Shown here in pieces: positions 8,754 to 16,830 of a DNA stretch of 64,000 bases (position 1 is its first letter; each line of letters opens with the position of its first letter). The position numbers and the translations under genes are program-made. A model generated the notes under the pieces. That model did not search any database and was not told where the DNA came from. It saw only the letters and a program-made list of their open reading frames with translations. The stretch comes from Candidatus Fermentibacterota bacterium (GTDB lineage: Bacteria; Fermentibacterota; Fermentibacteria; Fermentibacterales; JCC-6): NCBI GenBank assembly GCA_014728175.1, contig WJMA01000063.1:34413-98412 (forward strand), read 5' to 3'.

Positions 8754-8830
8754 GTGGTGGGCGAAGAGGGACTTGAACCCCCGACCTCCTGCTTGTAAGG
8801 CAGGCGCTCTAGCCACCTGAGCTATTCGCC
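8754..8830 (-). tRNA. tRNA-Val (anticodon TAC), CCA encoded
   Basis: The reverse complement folds as GGGCGAA-TA-GCTC..GAGC-G-CCTGC-CTTACAA-GCAGG-AGGTC-GGGGG-TTCAAGT-CCCTC-TTCGCCC-A-CCA. The acceptor stem is perfect. Confidence 0.9.
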
Positions 8831-8944
8831 CGGACGGTCTTGAAAAGGAGTCTCCAAGAAAGAGCGAGCCCCGACGTGGCCGCCCAAGGACCGAAGTTTG
8901 AGGAAGGAGCACTCGGTCCAACACGTCAGGGCTCTGGAATCGAA

Positions 8945-8977
8945 GACATATATGGGACAATCCCGAAGATTTGTCAA
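8945..8977 (-). promoter_or_regulatory. Possible sigma70-type promoter for tRNA-Val
   Basis: On the minus strand, TTGACA (8972-8977) is followed about 17-19 nt later by the AT-rich ATATAT/TATATG. This lies about 110 nt upstream of the tRNA 5' end. Confidence 0.3.
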
Positions 8978-9090
8978 GAAAGCTTCCGGTCTTTGCGCCG
9001 GGATAATCGTCCCTATTAGTATAGGCCAGTGCTCGCGACGTCGGCGGTGGAGGTAGTCTCTCCGGAGTCTGCTGGTTTGGAGGTCCTTCC

Positions 9091-10905
9091 ATGAGCGACA
9101 TCGAAGGCTGCAGGGAAGAGGATCTCGTTTTCGGTGTCTGCCCCGGGCACGTTGTTCCCAGCGAGAAACGCAGGGAGATAATAGACAAGCTGGTCGAGGC
9201 GGAGATGCCCACTGGCGCCAACGTCTACGTGGACAAGGAAGAATCGGAGCTGGTCCTTCTGGGAGTGACGGCAGTGGATTGGCCGGGACTGGCCACCATC
9301 GTTCTCAGCGAGCTTCATCATCTCGGTTGGAACCTCGAGGTTCTGGAGGGTTTCGCCGTCTACGATAACTCCACCCGCCGCGGATACGTCATCACCGGCA
9401 TTCGGAACACCGACCCCGAGAGGTCTCGGAAGTTCAGGGAGGATGCCGACCGGGTCAAGGATCTCCTTCTGAGGCTGGCCGAGGGTCACGAGGGGACGGT
9501 ATCCCTTCTGGGGCGGGCCACGGAGAGGCTGGAGCGATTCGAGGAGGTGTGCCAGGCCCTGGAGAAACTTTACGGGGACAAGGAGATTCCCCTGGAGCTG
9601 TACGGCGAGAAGGGGGAGATAGTCCTCTTCCTCTCCGCCAGATCGGACCAGTACCTCGCCGAGAGGAAGCCGGCCGACCTGGCCTGGATAGTGAAGACGA
9701 ATTACGAGCTGGTGCGAAGCGTCAGGGAAAAGGGAGGGAAGCCCGCTTTCAAGATAAGGAACCTCAAGACACGGCGGGAACATCTGACGGGCATCAACAT
9801 AGCCGGATTCGAGAGAGATATTTCCTTTCAGAGCTGCCTCATGGCGTTGCAGCACGGTTGGAACGGCGCCACGGTAAAGCACCAGAGGCGATACACCACC
9901 GATGACGGAATCACGTCGATACGCATAGAGATGACCGGTCCCACCGGCCTGTCGGCGACCCGCGAGGAGCAGAGCCGCATCCGGAAAACCCTGAAGAAGC
10001 TTCTGGTGTCACATGAGTTGGAGAAACTGCGTAGAATACACAGATACGGCGGCCGGGAGAGTTACGCCCGGGCCATAATCCCCCTTCTTCTCCGGGAGTG
10101 CGAGAGCAGCTGTGAGCCTCAGGCGTACATCGCGCGAGTAGCCACTTCCACCTTCCATGCCGAGCTGAAGCTACTCATGGTCTCGATAGCTGCCGACCGA
10201 AAATTGCACGACAAGAAGGCCATAGACCTGGTAAAGGGAATTGACTCCAAGGACGGGCTTACCGTCGCTTCTTTCAAGTCGCCCTCCGGCTACGGCGAGA
10301 AGTGGGTGGACATAATCGACATTACGATCGAGCGGGACCGATACACCGAGATAGAGGAGGCCTACAACGACATAAAGGAAGTGATAGGCCAGGTCTTCGG
10401 GAAGTTCCGTGACTTCGACATGGGCATGCGGCTGAATGACGTAAGCAAGGTCAAGGAGCTGAAGAGCATGCTCACGGACGTACCCGATCACATGGTAACG
10501 GACTTCTACTACCGGCTGGAGGACTTCCTGAGGGCCAGCGCTCCCATAGAGGATCTGGCCAGGCATGTGAAGCTGGCTTTCGACAGCCTGTCCGAGCTCT
10601 TCCGGGAGGGCAGGGATTACGTCGCCCCTTCCTACGTTCCTCTGGGTGAGGAGGACGATCCTACGGCGACCCTGTTCTGCTGCACCAGAAGCGGCCCGGC
10701 CGGCTGGTTCCACGACCTGCTGGAGGTGGTATCCGACTACCGGGTCACCGCCAGCGTGGTGGAATGGTCGGGCGCATCCGCAGTTCTGCTCAGGGTGCAG
10801 AAGGAGGACGGCGGAGGCCTGAGCGAGGAGGAGATAGAGGAAGTGCTTTCCGGGCTCTCCGCGCATTGCTGTGGAGCGGAAGCCGCAAAGCGCTCCGAGT
10901 CTTGA
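9091..10905 (+). CDS. 604-aa cytoplasmic protein of unknown function with several ACT-like (small-ligand-binding) repeats and no recognisable catalytic domain
   Basis: GGAGG located 7 nt upstream of the ATG. Protein-like composition throughout. Four segments with a beta-alpha-beta-beta-alpha-beta-like pattern, for example LVLLGVTAVDWPGLATIVLSELHHLGWNLEV. The ACT assignment is inferred by eye. Confidence 0.7.
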   Translation: MSDIEGCREEDLVFGVCPGHVVPSEKRREIIDKLVEAEMPTGANVYVDKEESELVLLGVTAVDWPGLATIVLSELHHLGWNLEVLEGFAVYDNSTRRGYVITGIRNTDPERSRKFREDADRVKDLLLRLAEGHEGTVSLLGRATERLERFEEVCQALEKLYGDKEIPLELYGEKGEIVLFLSARSDQYLAERKPADLAWIVKTNYELVRSVREKGGKPAFKIRNLKTRREHLTGINIAGFERDISFQSCLMALQHGWNGATVKHQRRYTTDDGITSIRIEMTGPTGLSATREEQSRIRKTLKKLLVSHELEKLRRIHRYGGRESYARAIIPLLLRECESSCEPQAYIARVATSTFHAELKLLMVSIAADRKLHDKKAIDLVKGIDSKDGLTVASFKSPSGYGEKWVDIIDITIERDRYTEIEEAYNDIKEVIGQVFGKFRDFDMGMRLNDVSKVKELKSMLTDVPDHMVTDFYYRLEDFLRASAPIEDLARHVKLAFDSLSELFREGRDYVAPSYVPLGEEDDPTATLFCCTRSGPAGWFHDLLEVVSDYRVTASVVEWSGASAVLLRVQKEDGGGLSEEEIEEVLSGLSAHCCGAEAAKRSES

Positions 10906-10941
10906 CATACGGCAGTACCCTTTGGTACTTTCGTTTGCCGC

Positions 10942-11018
10942 GGCGGCGTAGCTCAGCTGGCTAGAGCAGCGGAATCATAATCCGCGGGTCAGGGGTTCGA
11001 GTCCCTTCGCCGCTACCA
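10942..11018 (+). tRNA. tRNA with CAT anticodon (elongator Met, or Ile2 if lysidinylated), CCA encoded
   Basis: Cloverleaf GGCGGCG-TA-GCTC..GAGC-A-GCGGA-ATCATAA-TCCGC-GGGTC-AGGGG-TTCGAGT-CCCTT-CGCCGCT-A-CCA. It has a G1-U72 wobble and lacks the three G-C anticodon-stem pairs of an initiator. Confidence 0.85.
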
Positions 11019-11024
11019 AACCAC

Positions 11025-11055
11025 GGAAGTCCCGGTCGAAACGGCCGGGACTTCC
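11025..11055. terminator. Perfect 11-bp GC-rich hairpin after tRNA-Met, between convergent transcription units
   Basis: GGAAGTCCCGG-tcgaaacgg-CCGGGACTTCC, with a TTTTT run about 10 nt downstream. Confidence 0.5.
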
Positions 11056-11169
11056 CTTACGGGACGTTTTTCAAAAGCTCAAAAAACCTCTAGCCAGCTT
11101 CTCCCCAATTCTATATGGAACCAGCTTTTCGAACTGATTCCGTTTACGCGACGCAATATGCTTAAGAGG

Positions 11170-12153
11170 CTAAAAAAGTTGGGAACCTCCCCGGGGCGTG
11201 CCTTCGAAGATCCTTATCTTGCCGTCGCTGTCGCCCAGGACCAGGTCCAGTATGCCGTCGGAGTTCCAATCGAACAGTAGAGGATACGGGCTCAACTGGG
11301 TGACGATGATGGAATCGCCGCCCAGGTATCTGAGGGTGTCCATGCCGTTGAACACAGGATCCTGGTTGGTTCCCTCGTTCTCCAGGAAGAGCACCCTCCC
11401 CCCGCTGTAGATGTCTACGGTTATTCCCAGCATCAGGTCCTTCTTGCCGTCGCCGGTGGCATCTCCCATCCAGGGAATGGTCCTGCCCAGAGAGATCGGC
11501 TCTCCCTGACAGAGAATGGGCTCATAGTCGGTGAACAAGGGATACGGCGGGCTTATGCCTCTGTTGCGGAATAGTCTCAGCTCCTTCATCACGCTTCCGA
11601 CCACCAGGTCGAGAAGACCGTCCTCGTCCCAGTCCACTACGAATGGAGCCGAGCAAGCTCCCACGTCCAAATGCTCGTCATCGCATCTGATCGGTCCTAC
11701 GGCGGTGAGCGAAGGGTAGGTGGATCCAGGTTCGACCGCCCTGTAATACTCCACGAATCCGGCGTGGTCTCCCACCAGAAGATCGGGAAGGGAGTCTCCG
11801 TTGAAGTCCACAACCTGTGGACTGTTACCAGCGGAGCATCAACTCCAGATTACGTTGAGGTAGTCGCCGTCGGCCCGCAGGAACTCCCACCCGTTGAAGT
11901 ACGGCATGCCGGGAAGCCCCTTGTTGGTAAATAGTTTAATGGCTCCCTGGTCGATGCCGGACTTTTCGCAGTATATGGCAACCACCAGGTCGAACAGGCC
12001 GTCGCCGCTCCAGTCCACGACGTACGGAGACCCTTTGTTGCCGATGTCCAGAGTATCCGGGCCGTCCATTGCGTAGTACATCCGGCCGAACACCGGGGGT
12101 GAGGCCATGGCCAGCGACACCAGTAGGATCAGCCCTGCAACGGATTTTCTCAT
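11170..12153 (-). pseudogene. Secreted FG-GAP/VCBS-repeat protein interrupted by a single in-frame TGA (11839-11841). Either a nonsense pseudogene or a recoded gene.
   Basis: Track ORFs 11839..12153 (signal peptide MRKSVAGLILLVSLAMASPPVFG) and 11170..11811 are in the same frame. The repeat motifs VVDWSGDGLFDLVV, VVDFNGDSLPDLLVG, VVDWDEDGLLDLVVG and DWNSDGILDLVLG continue across the stop. Confidence 0.7.
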
Positions 12154-12236
12154 AACTCACCTCGGATCGATTCTCGAAGGATTTTGCGCCCTGAATAAGA
12201 GCCCTAACTACATACCAACATAATAAGTTTTTCTTC

Positions 12237-12266
12237 CCCACCCAATTCAAACCCACCCAATTCAAA
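12237..12266. repeat. Perfect tandem duplication of the 15-bp unit CCCACCCAATTCAAA in a divergent intergenic region
   Basis: Read directly at 12237-12251 and 12252-12266. The region lies between the FG-GAP gene start (12153, minus) and the sulfatase-family gene start (12339, plus). Confidence 0.9.
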
Positions 12267-12338
12267 TCGGCCTGACGTACCGCGTCACTCGTGTATATCT
12301 TCGCAGATGAAGACGGCCAAGGCGGAGAGGTGCCTACC

Positions 12339-13658
12339 ATGAGAAAGACGCTCCTAACCATTACGGTGCTTGCCCTCGCCCTAGCCTGCGGCGGGGAAGA
12401 AACCGGCGGCAGGCCTAACGTTCTGCTCATAATCATAGATACTCTCCGGTCGGACCACATCCACTGCTACGGCTACCCGCGAGACATCACTCCGTACATG
12501 GACAGCCTGGCCGGCGCGGGTACGATGTGGGCCTTCGTGCAGGGCCAGAGCGCGTGGACCCTGCCGGCCATTGCCACCATCTTCTCCGGTCTTCCGGAGC
12601 GGGGGCATCTGGCGGGGGCCCGCGAGGGGGCCATGTACGGCTTGGCCGCGGATCTTCAAACCCTCCCCGAGCTTCTTTCGGAGGCCGGATACGCTACGTC
12701 GGGCTTCTACAACGTACCCGTTCTGGGGCCCGGCTACGGCTTCGACCAGGGCATGGACCACGTGGACGTGGAGGGTTGCAGGCTGGCCGTGGACGCCGAC
12801 GTCATAAACGACAAGTTCCTGCGGTGGATCGAAGAGGAGTACGACCGCAGCCGGCCCTTCTTCTCGGTGCTCCATTACTTCGATCCCCACTACCCCTACG
12901 ATCCTCCCCGGCCCTACAGGGCTCTGTTCGAGACCGACGACAGCCATCCGGGCACCCACTGGTGCACCGATCCCACCGAGCTGCTTATCAACGCCAACAA
13001 ATCCGGCCGGCTCACGGACTCCGACCTGCAGCGGATGATCGACCTCTACGACGGCGAGGTAGCCTTCGCCGACCACGAGGTGGGAAGGCTTATGAGGGAG
13101 CTCAGGTCCCGGGGCTTGGCGGACAACACCCTGGTGATAGTGGTGGCCGACCACGGCGAGGAGTTCTGGGAGCATGGAGGCCTGCTGCACGGTTTTTCTC
13201 TGTACAGGGAGGCGACCAGGGTACCGCTTATTATCTCGGGCAAGGGTTTCGAGGGAGGAGTCGTAGACTCCAACGTGGTCTGCCAGATGGACGTGTTCAG
13301 CACCATCCTGGACTACGCCGGCGTTGTCGGACCGGAGTACGCCTGGGGAAAGAGCCTGAGGGATCATCCCTCCGACCGGGGCCGTGTGTTTCCATCCAGC
13401 GGGTTCGCCTCCGACGCGGAACACTACCTGACCGTCAGGAAGGGGATGCGCAGGCTGTTCTGGGATTTCGAGGCGGATACGGCGGTGGTATTCGACCTTA
13501 CGGTGGATCCCCTCGAGCACGACAGTCTTCCCGCAGACAGCGCCCTCCTGGAAGAGGTGACCTACTACTGGGCCACGCCGCCCGCAGTGCAGCCGGCCGA
13601 GGTGCCGGGAAGCCAGGCCCGGATCAACACGCTCAGAAACCTGGGCTACATCCGCTGA
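12339..13658 (+). CDS. Sulfatase-family (alkaline phosphatase superfamily) lipoprotein with Thr in the nucleophile position
   Basis: Lipobox LALALACG. Metal-site motif NVLLIIIDTLRSDH. TLPAI where FGly sulfatases have C/S-x-P-x-R. Also VVADHGEEFWEHG. The ATG at 12339 has GGAGAGG upstream. Confidence 0.85.
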   Translation: MRKTLLTITVLALALACGGEETGGRPNVLLIIIDTLRSDHIHCYGYPRDITPYMDSLAGAGTMWAFVQGQSAWTLPAIATIFSGLPERGHLAGAREGAMYGLAADLQTLPELLSEAGYATSGFYNVPVLGPGYGFDQGMDHVDVEGCRLAVDADVINDKFLRWIEEEYDRSRPFFSVLHYFDPHYPYDPPRPYRALFETDDSHPGTHWCTDPTELLINANKSGRLTDSDLQRMIDLYDGEVAFADHEVGRLMRELRSRGLADNTLVIVVADHGEEFWEHGGLLHGFSLYREATRVPLIISGKGFEGGVVDSNVVCQMDVFSTILDYAGVVGPEYAWGKSLRDHPSDRGRVFPSSGFASDAEHYLTVRKGMRRLFWDFEADTAVVFDLTVDPLEHDSLPADSALLEEVTYYWATPPAVQPAEVPGSQARINTLRNLGYIR

Positions 13659-13683
13659 AATATTCCCATCCCTAGGGAATATT
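13659..13683 (+). terminator. 9-bp perfect inverted repeat immediately after the sulfatase-family stop codon
   Basis: AATATTCCC-atcccta-GGGAATATT. The stem is AT-rich and there is no clear T-tract, so the terminator call is weak. Confidence 0.3.
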
Positions 13684-13817
13684 CACCCAAAATTGGCCGC
13701 TGGATCCAGCGAAATCGGCGCACCAATAGTCCTATAACTTTATCAACCAAGGAAATGTGTATCTAGGACCGGACTTGCTTCTTTAGGGAAGGGCGAGGTC
13801 CGAGCGAGGGAGGAAGC

Positions 13818-14418
13818 ATGATTCTTCTGGTTTTGTCCATCTGTCTTGCCGCTGACAACCTGATGCTGGACGAGCCCGTGGTTGCGCGGTCTTACGGCGT
13901 AGAAACCCTGCAGTACGACGACTGCACTTCGCAGATCTATCCCTGGGGATCGCTCTACATGGGAGTCTGGTTCAATACGGCAGACTTCTACGGTGAGGAG
14001 CTCTGGGGCTGGATAAATCTGTAGCGAGTGCTGGTTCTACCACTACGGCCCACCTTACAGTTGGGACACCGGCAGCTTCTACGCCGAGCTGTGGAAGGGA
14101 GACGTTAGCGGGCCCGCCACAAGGCTCGACGAGACCTCCGAGACGGCCCTGCACAACAGCCCCGTGGTGGTGGATATGGATACGATATACGTACCGCCGA
14201 ACTTCTGGGTGTTAATGAACTCCGAGATGTCCTCCGGGAACTGGCCCTCGATCCTCGGCGACAACACCCCCAACATCGTCGACCACAGCTTCTTCTCAGA
14301 CGACATGATCGTGTGGGAGCCTTACTTGTATGGTGACTACTACGTTCGGGCCTATTTTACTCCGGATTCAACGGCGCTCCGGGAGATAACCCGGGGGGAG
14401 ATAAAGGCGTTGTTCTGA
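13818..14418 (+). pseudogene. Small secreted protein of unknown function split by a +1 frame change near 14013-14024
   Basis: Frame A (13818..14024) ends ...ELWGWINL-stop. Frame B is open from 14017 and reads ICSECWFYHYGPPYSWDTG... through to 14418. Both halves share an aromatic-rich composition. The junction sits at GGATAAATCTG. Confidence 0.5.
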
Positions 14419-14433
14419 AAGGCTCGGTAAGGT

Positions 14434-15210
14434 CTATTCCGGCACAATCGTCAGAAACCACATCCGGGGCGATTCATCATGCAGAGGGGTCAGGTACTCC
14501 AGATCTTCCCAGAAGCCCCGGACATCGAAGCCCGCTCCCTTCAGCAGCCCGATGACCTCCTGCGGGGTGTAGCCACGCTCCAGGTGGGTTTCGTCTATCC
14601 GCCTCCACCCGTTTCCCTCTCTGACCATGACCAGGATCTCCAGTTTCGCGGTGACCGTGTCGAAGTCGAAGGAGGGCATTTGTATCTCCAGCACCTCGGA
14701 GTCGTTGCGCTGGATGGATACGCCCTCCCGCTGCCAGAGTACCGAGAGCGCGAAGACCGTGTTCATGTCGAATACGAAGGCTCCCCCGGGGATCAGCAAC
14801 CGGTTAACCTCCTCGAATACGGACCGCAGATCCTCCTCGGACGTGACGTAGTTCAGGCTGTCGAACCAGCAGGTTACCAGATCGAAGCTACCGGGGACGA
14901 AGGGCGGGGAGACCATGTCCGCGGCCGCGTAGAGGGGGGACGAGTTGCCCTGGGCTTCGGCGTTTTGGGCCAGGCTCAGCATTCTTCTGGAGAGATCGAC
15001 TCCCACCGCCCAGTTGTTCTCGGTTGCGATCCCTCTGAGAAAGGTTCCCTCCCCGCAGGCCAGATCCAGAACGCTGTTGGCGGATAGGCCGTGTTCGGCC
15101 AGGAAGCCGGGCAGAACACGGGTTACCCGCTCGCTGAACCTGGCGTATCCGCCGGACCTGTAAACCTCGGCGAATCCCTCGAAACAACGATTGCCTTTTT
15201 GCACAGCCAC
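14434..15210 (-). CDS. Class I SAM-dependent methyltransferase
   Basis: Motif I VLDLACGEGTF. Post-I and motif II-like FDLVTCWFDSLNY. LLIPGGAFVFD. Confidence 0.8.
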   Translation of the reverse strand: MAVQKGNRCFEGFAEVYRSGGYARFSERVTRVLPGFLAEHGLSANSVLDLACGEGTFLRGIATENNWAVGVDLSRRMLSLAQNAEAQGNSSPLYAAADMVSPPFVPGSFDLVTCWFDSLNYVTSEEDLRSVFEEVNRLLIPGGAFVFDMNTVFALSVLWQREGVSIQRNDSEVLEIQMPSFDFDTVTAKLEILVMVREGNGWRRIDETHLERGYTPQEVIGLLKGAGFDVRGFWEDLEYLTPLHDESPRMWFLTIVPE

Positions 15211-15290
15211 CCCCTGGCCTTCCCGGAACGGCTGGAGATCGGGGTTTCCGTCCGGGGTGTAACAGAACCATATATACTCCGGTGGTGGAT

Positions 15291-16238
15291 ATGAGTGACC
15301 CCGTGGAGCTTTCCTTCGTAAGGACCGTAAAAAGCCGGGAGCTGCTTCCGGAAGGCGTCAGAGTTATCGCGGCGGTGTCCGGAGGCTCGGACTCCATGGC
15401 GCTTCTGCATCTGCTGTCGTCCTTCGGGGACCACATGGGCTGGGACCTGTCCGTGCTTCACATCGACCACGGGATGCGGCCGGAAAGCTCGGAGGAGGCC
15501 GAAGTCGTCAGGAGGATCGCCGCGGAAAACGGTCTGCCCTTCCGGCTGCGAAAGCTGTCTCCTCCCGAGACTGGATCGGTTGAGGACGCTTTCAGCAGGG
15601 CCAGGCAGGCCATATACGAGGAGGAGGCCGGAACCGAGGGTCTGGTGGCCGTGGGCCACACGGCCTCGGACCGGGCGGAGACAGTGGTGATGAGGCTTCT
15701 GGAGGGATCAGGGCCGAGGGGCTTAAGCGGCATGGGCTTCGTGGGAGTCGGGCCGGTGCGGAGGCCGCTGTTGGGCCTTACTCGCGGAACGCTAAGGGAT
15801 TACCTGCAAAGAAGGGGCGTCGATTGGCTGGAGGACCGCAGCAACCTTGACACTTCGTTGCTGCGCAACAAGGTGAGATTGGAACTGATGCCGGTACTGG
15901 AGGAGGCCTCTCCCGGATGCACCGAGCGGATATCTTCCACCGCGGAACTCCTCGGGTCGTGGCGAGATTACATGGACCGCGAGTTGAACGCCCTCTTGCC
16001 GGAGAGGGAAGCCGGTTCGGATGTACGGATTGTTTCCCGGCATGCGTACAGGGAAGCCCATAGGGCACTCCGCCTCATGGTTCTCTGGCACCTCTCTGGG
16101 CGTCCCCGCAAAGGGCTTTTGGAGATGGAGAAGACCGACCGTTGGTTGATGTCCGGTAAGAGCGGGTCGCATCTTCTTCCGGGGGGCGAATCGGTGGTGG
16201 CCGACGGCGAGGAGCTGAGGTTCGAGAGCCCGTCTTGA
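15291..16238 (+). CDS. tilS: tRNA(Ile)-lysidine synthase
   Basis: PP-loop AAVSGGSDSMALLHLL. VGHTASDRAETVVMRLL. Followed by hpt and ftsH, the classic synteny. Confidence 0.85.
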   Translation: MSDPVELSFVRTVKSRELLPEGVRVIAAVSGGSDSMALLHLLSSFGDHMGWDLSVLHIDHGMRPESSEEAEVVRRIAAENGLPFRLRKLSPPETGSVEDAFSRARQAIYEEEAGTEGLVAVGHTASDRAETVVMRLLEGSGPRGLSGMGFVGVGPVRRPLLGLTRGTLRDYLQRRGVDWLEDRSNLDTSLLRNKVRLELMPVLEEASPGCTERISSTAELLGSWRDYMDRELNALLPEREAGSDVRIVSRHAYREAHRALRLMVLWHLSGRPRKGLLEMEKTDRWLMSGKSGSHLLPGGESVVADGEELRFESPS

Positions 16239-16257
16239 TCCCTGGCGAAAGGAAATC

Positions 16258-16830
16258 TTGGGCGAATACCCGGTGGTAATAAGGGGCAGCGAGATCCGGA
16301 AGGCCATAGCCGACCTGGGCCGGGAGCTCAGCGGTATGTACTGGGGAAAGAGGCCGGTGATCATACCCCTTCTGAGGGGGGCTTTCGTGTTCGCAGCGGA
16401 CCTGGTTCGGGCGATGGACACCGACCTCCAGGTGGAGTTCATAGGGGCGGTGAGCTACGGCGCACTAACCGAGTCCTCCGGTGAGGTCAGGCTGACCCTG
16501 GACACCAACCTGCCGCTGGCCGGGAGGCACGTCATACTGGTCGAGGACATCGTCGACACAGGTCTTACTCTGGCCTATATTCAACGATTGCTCAGATCGA
16601 GAGACCCCGCGTCCCTCCTCACCGTCGTAATGCTGGACAAGAAGGACAGGAGGGTCGTGGAGGTGGAAGTCGACCGCAGCCTTTTCGATATCCCCGACAG
16701 GTTCGTCTTCGGTTACGGTTTGGACAGTCCGGGAGGTTTCCACAGGAACCTGCCGGACGTAGTTGCCCTCGGGGGGGAGGCCGGGTCGACGGTTAATCCA
16801 CCCGACGACAGGGAGGCAGATGAAGGATAA
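16258..16830 (+). CDS. hpt: Hypoxanthine phosphoribosyltransferase
   Basis: PRPP-binding loop VILVEDIVDTGLTLAY, and DIPDRFVFGYGLD. Confidence 0.9.
   Translation: MGEYPVVIRGSEIRKAIADLGRELSGMYWGKRPVIIPLLRGAFVFAADLVRAMDTDLQVEFIGAVSYGALTESSGEVRLTLDTNLPLAGRHVILVEDIVDTGLTLAYIQRLLRSRDPASLLTVVMLDKKDRRVVEVEVDRSLFDIPDRFVFGYGLDSPGGFHRNLPDVVALGGEAGSTVNPPDDREADEG

Noticed and set aside
11839-11841. Genome-wide reassignment of UGA as a sense codon
   Set aside because: Many well-supported genes in the window terminate at TGA at their expected family length, for example rhaB, gcvPA, the receiver-PglZ regulator and exbD. UGA is therefore a normal stop here.
14013-14024. Programmed +1 ribosomal frameshift of the prfB type
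   Set aside because: The context AUA-AAU-CUG-UAG-C offers no cognate re-pairing for the P-site tRNA in the +1 frame and has no upstream SD-like stimulator. An indel in the A-run is the simpler explanation.
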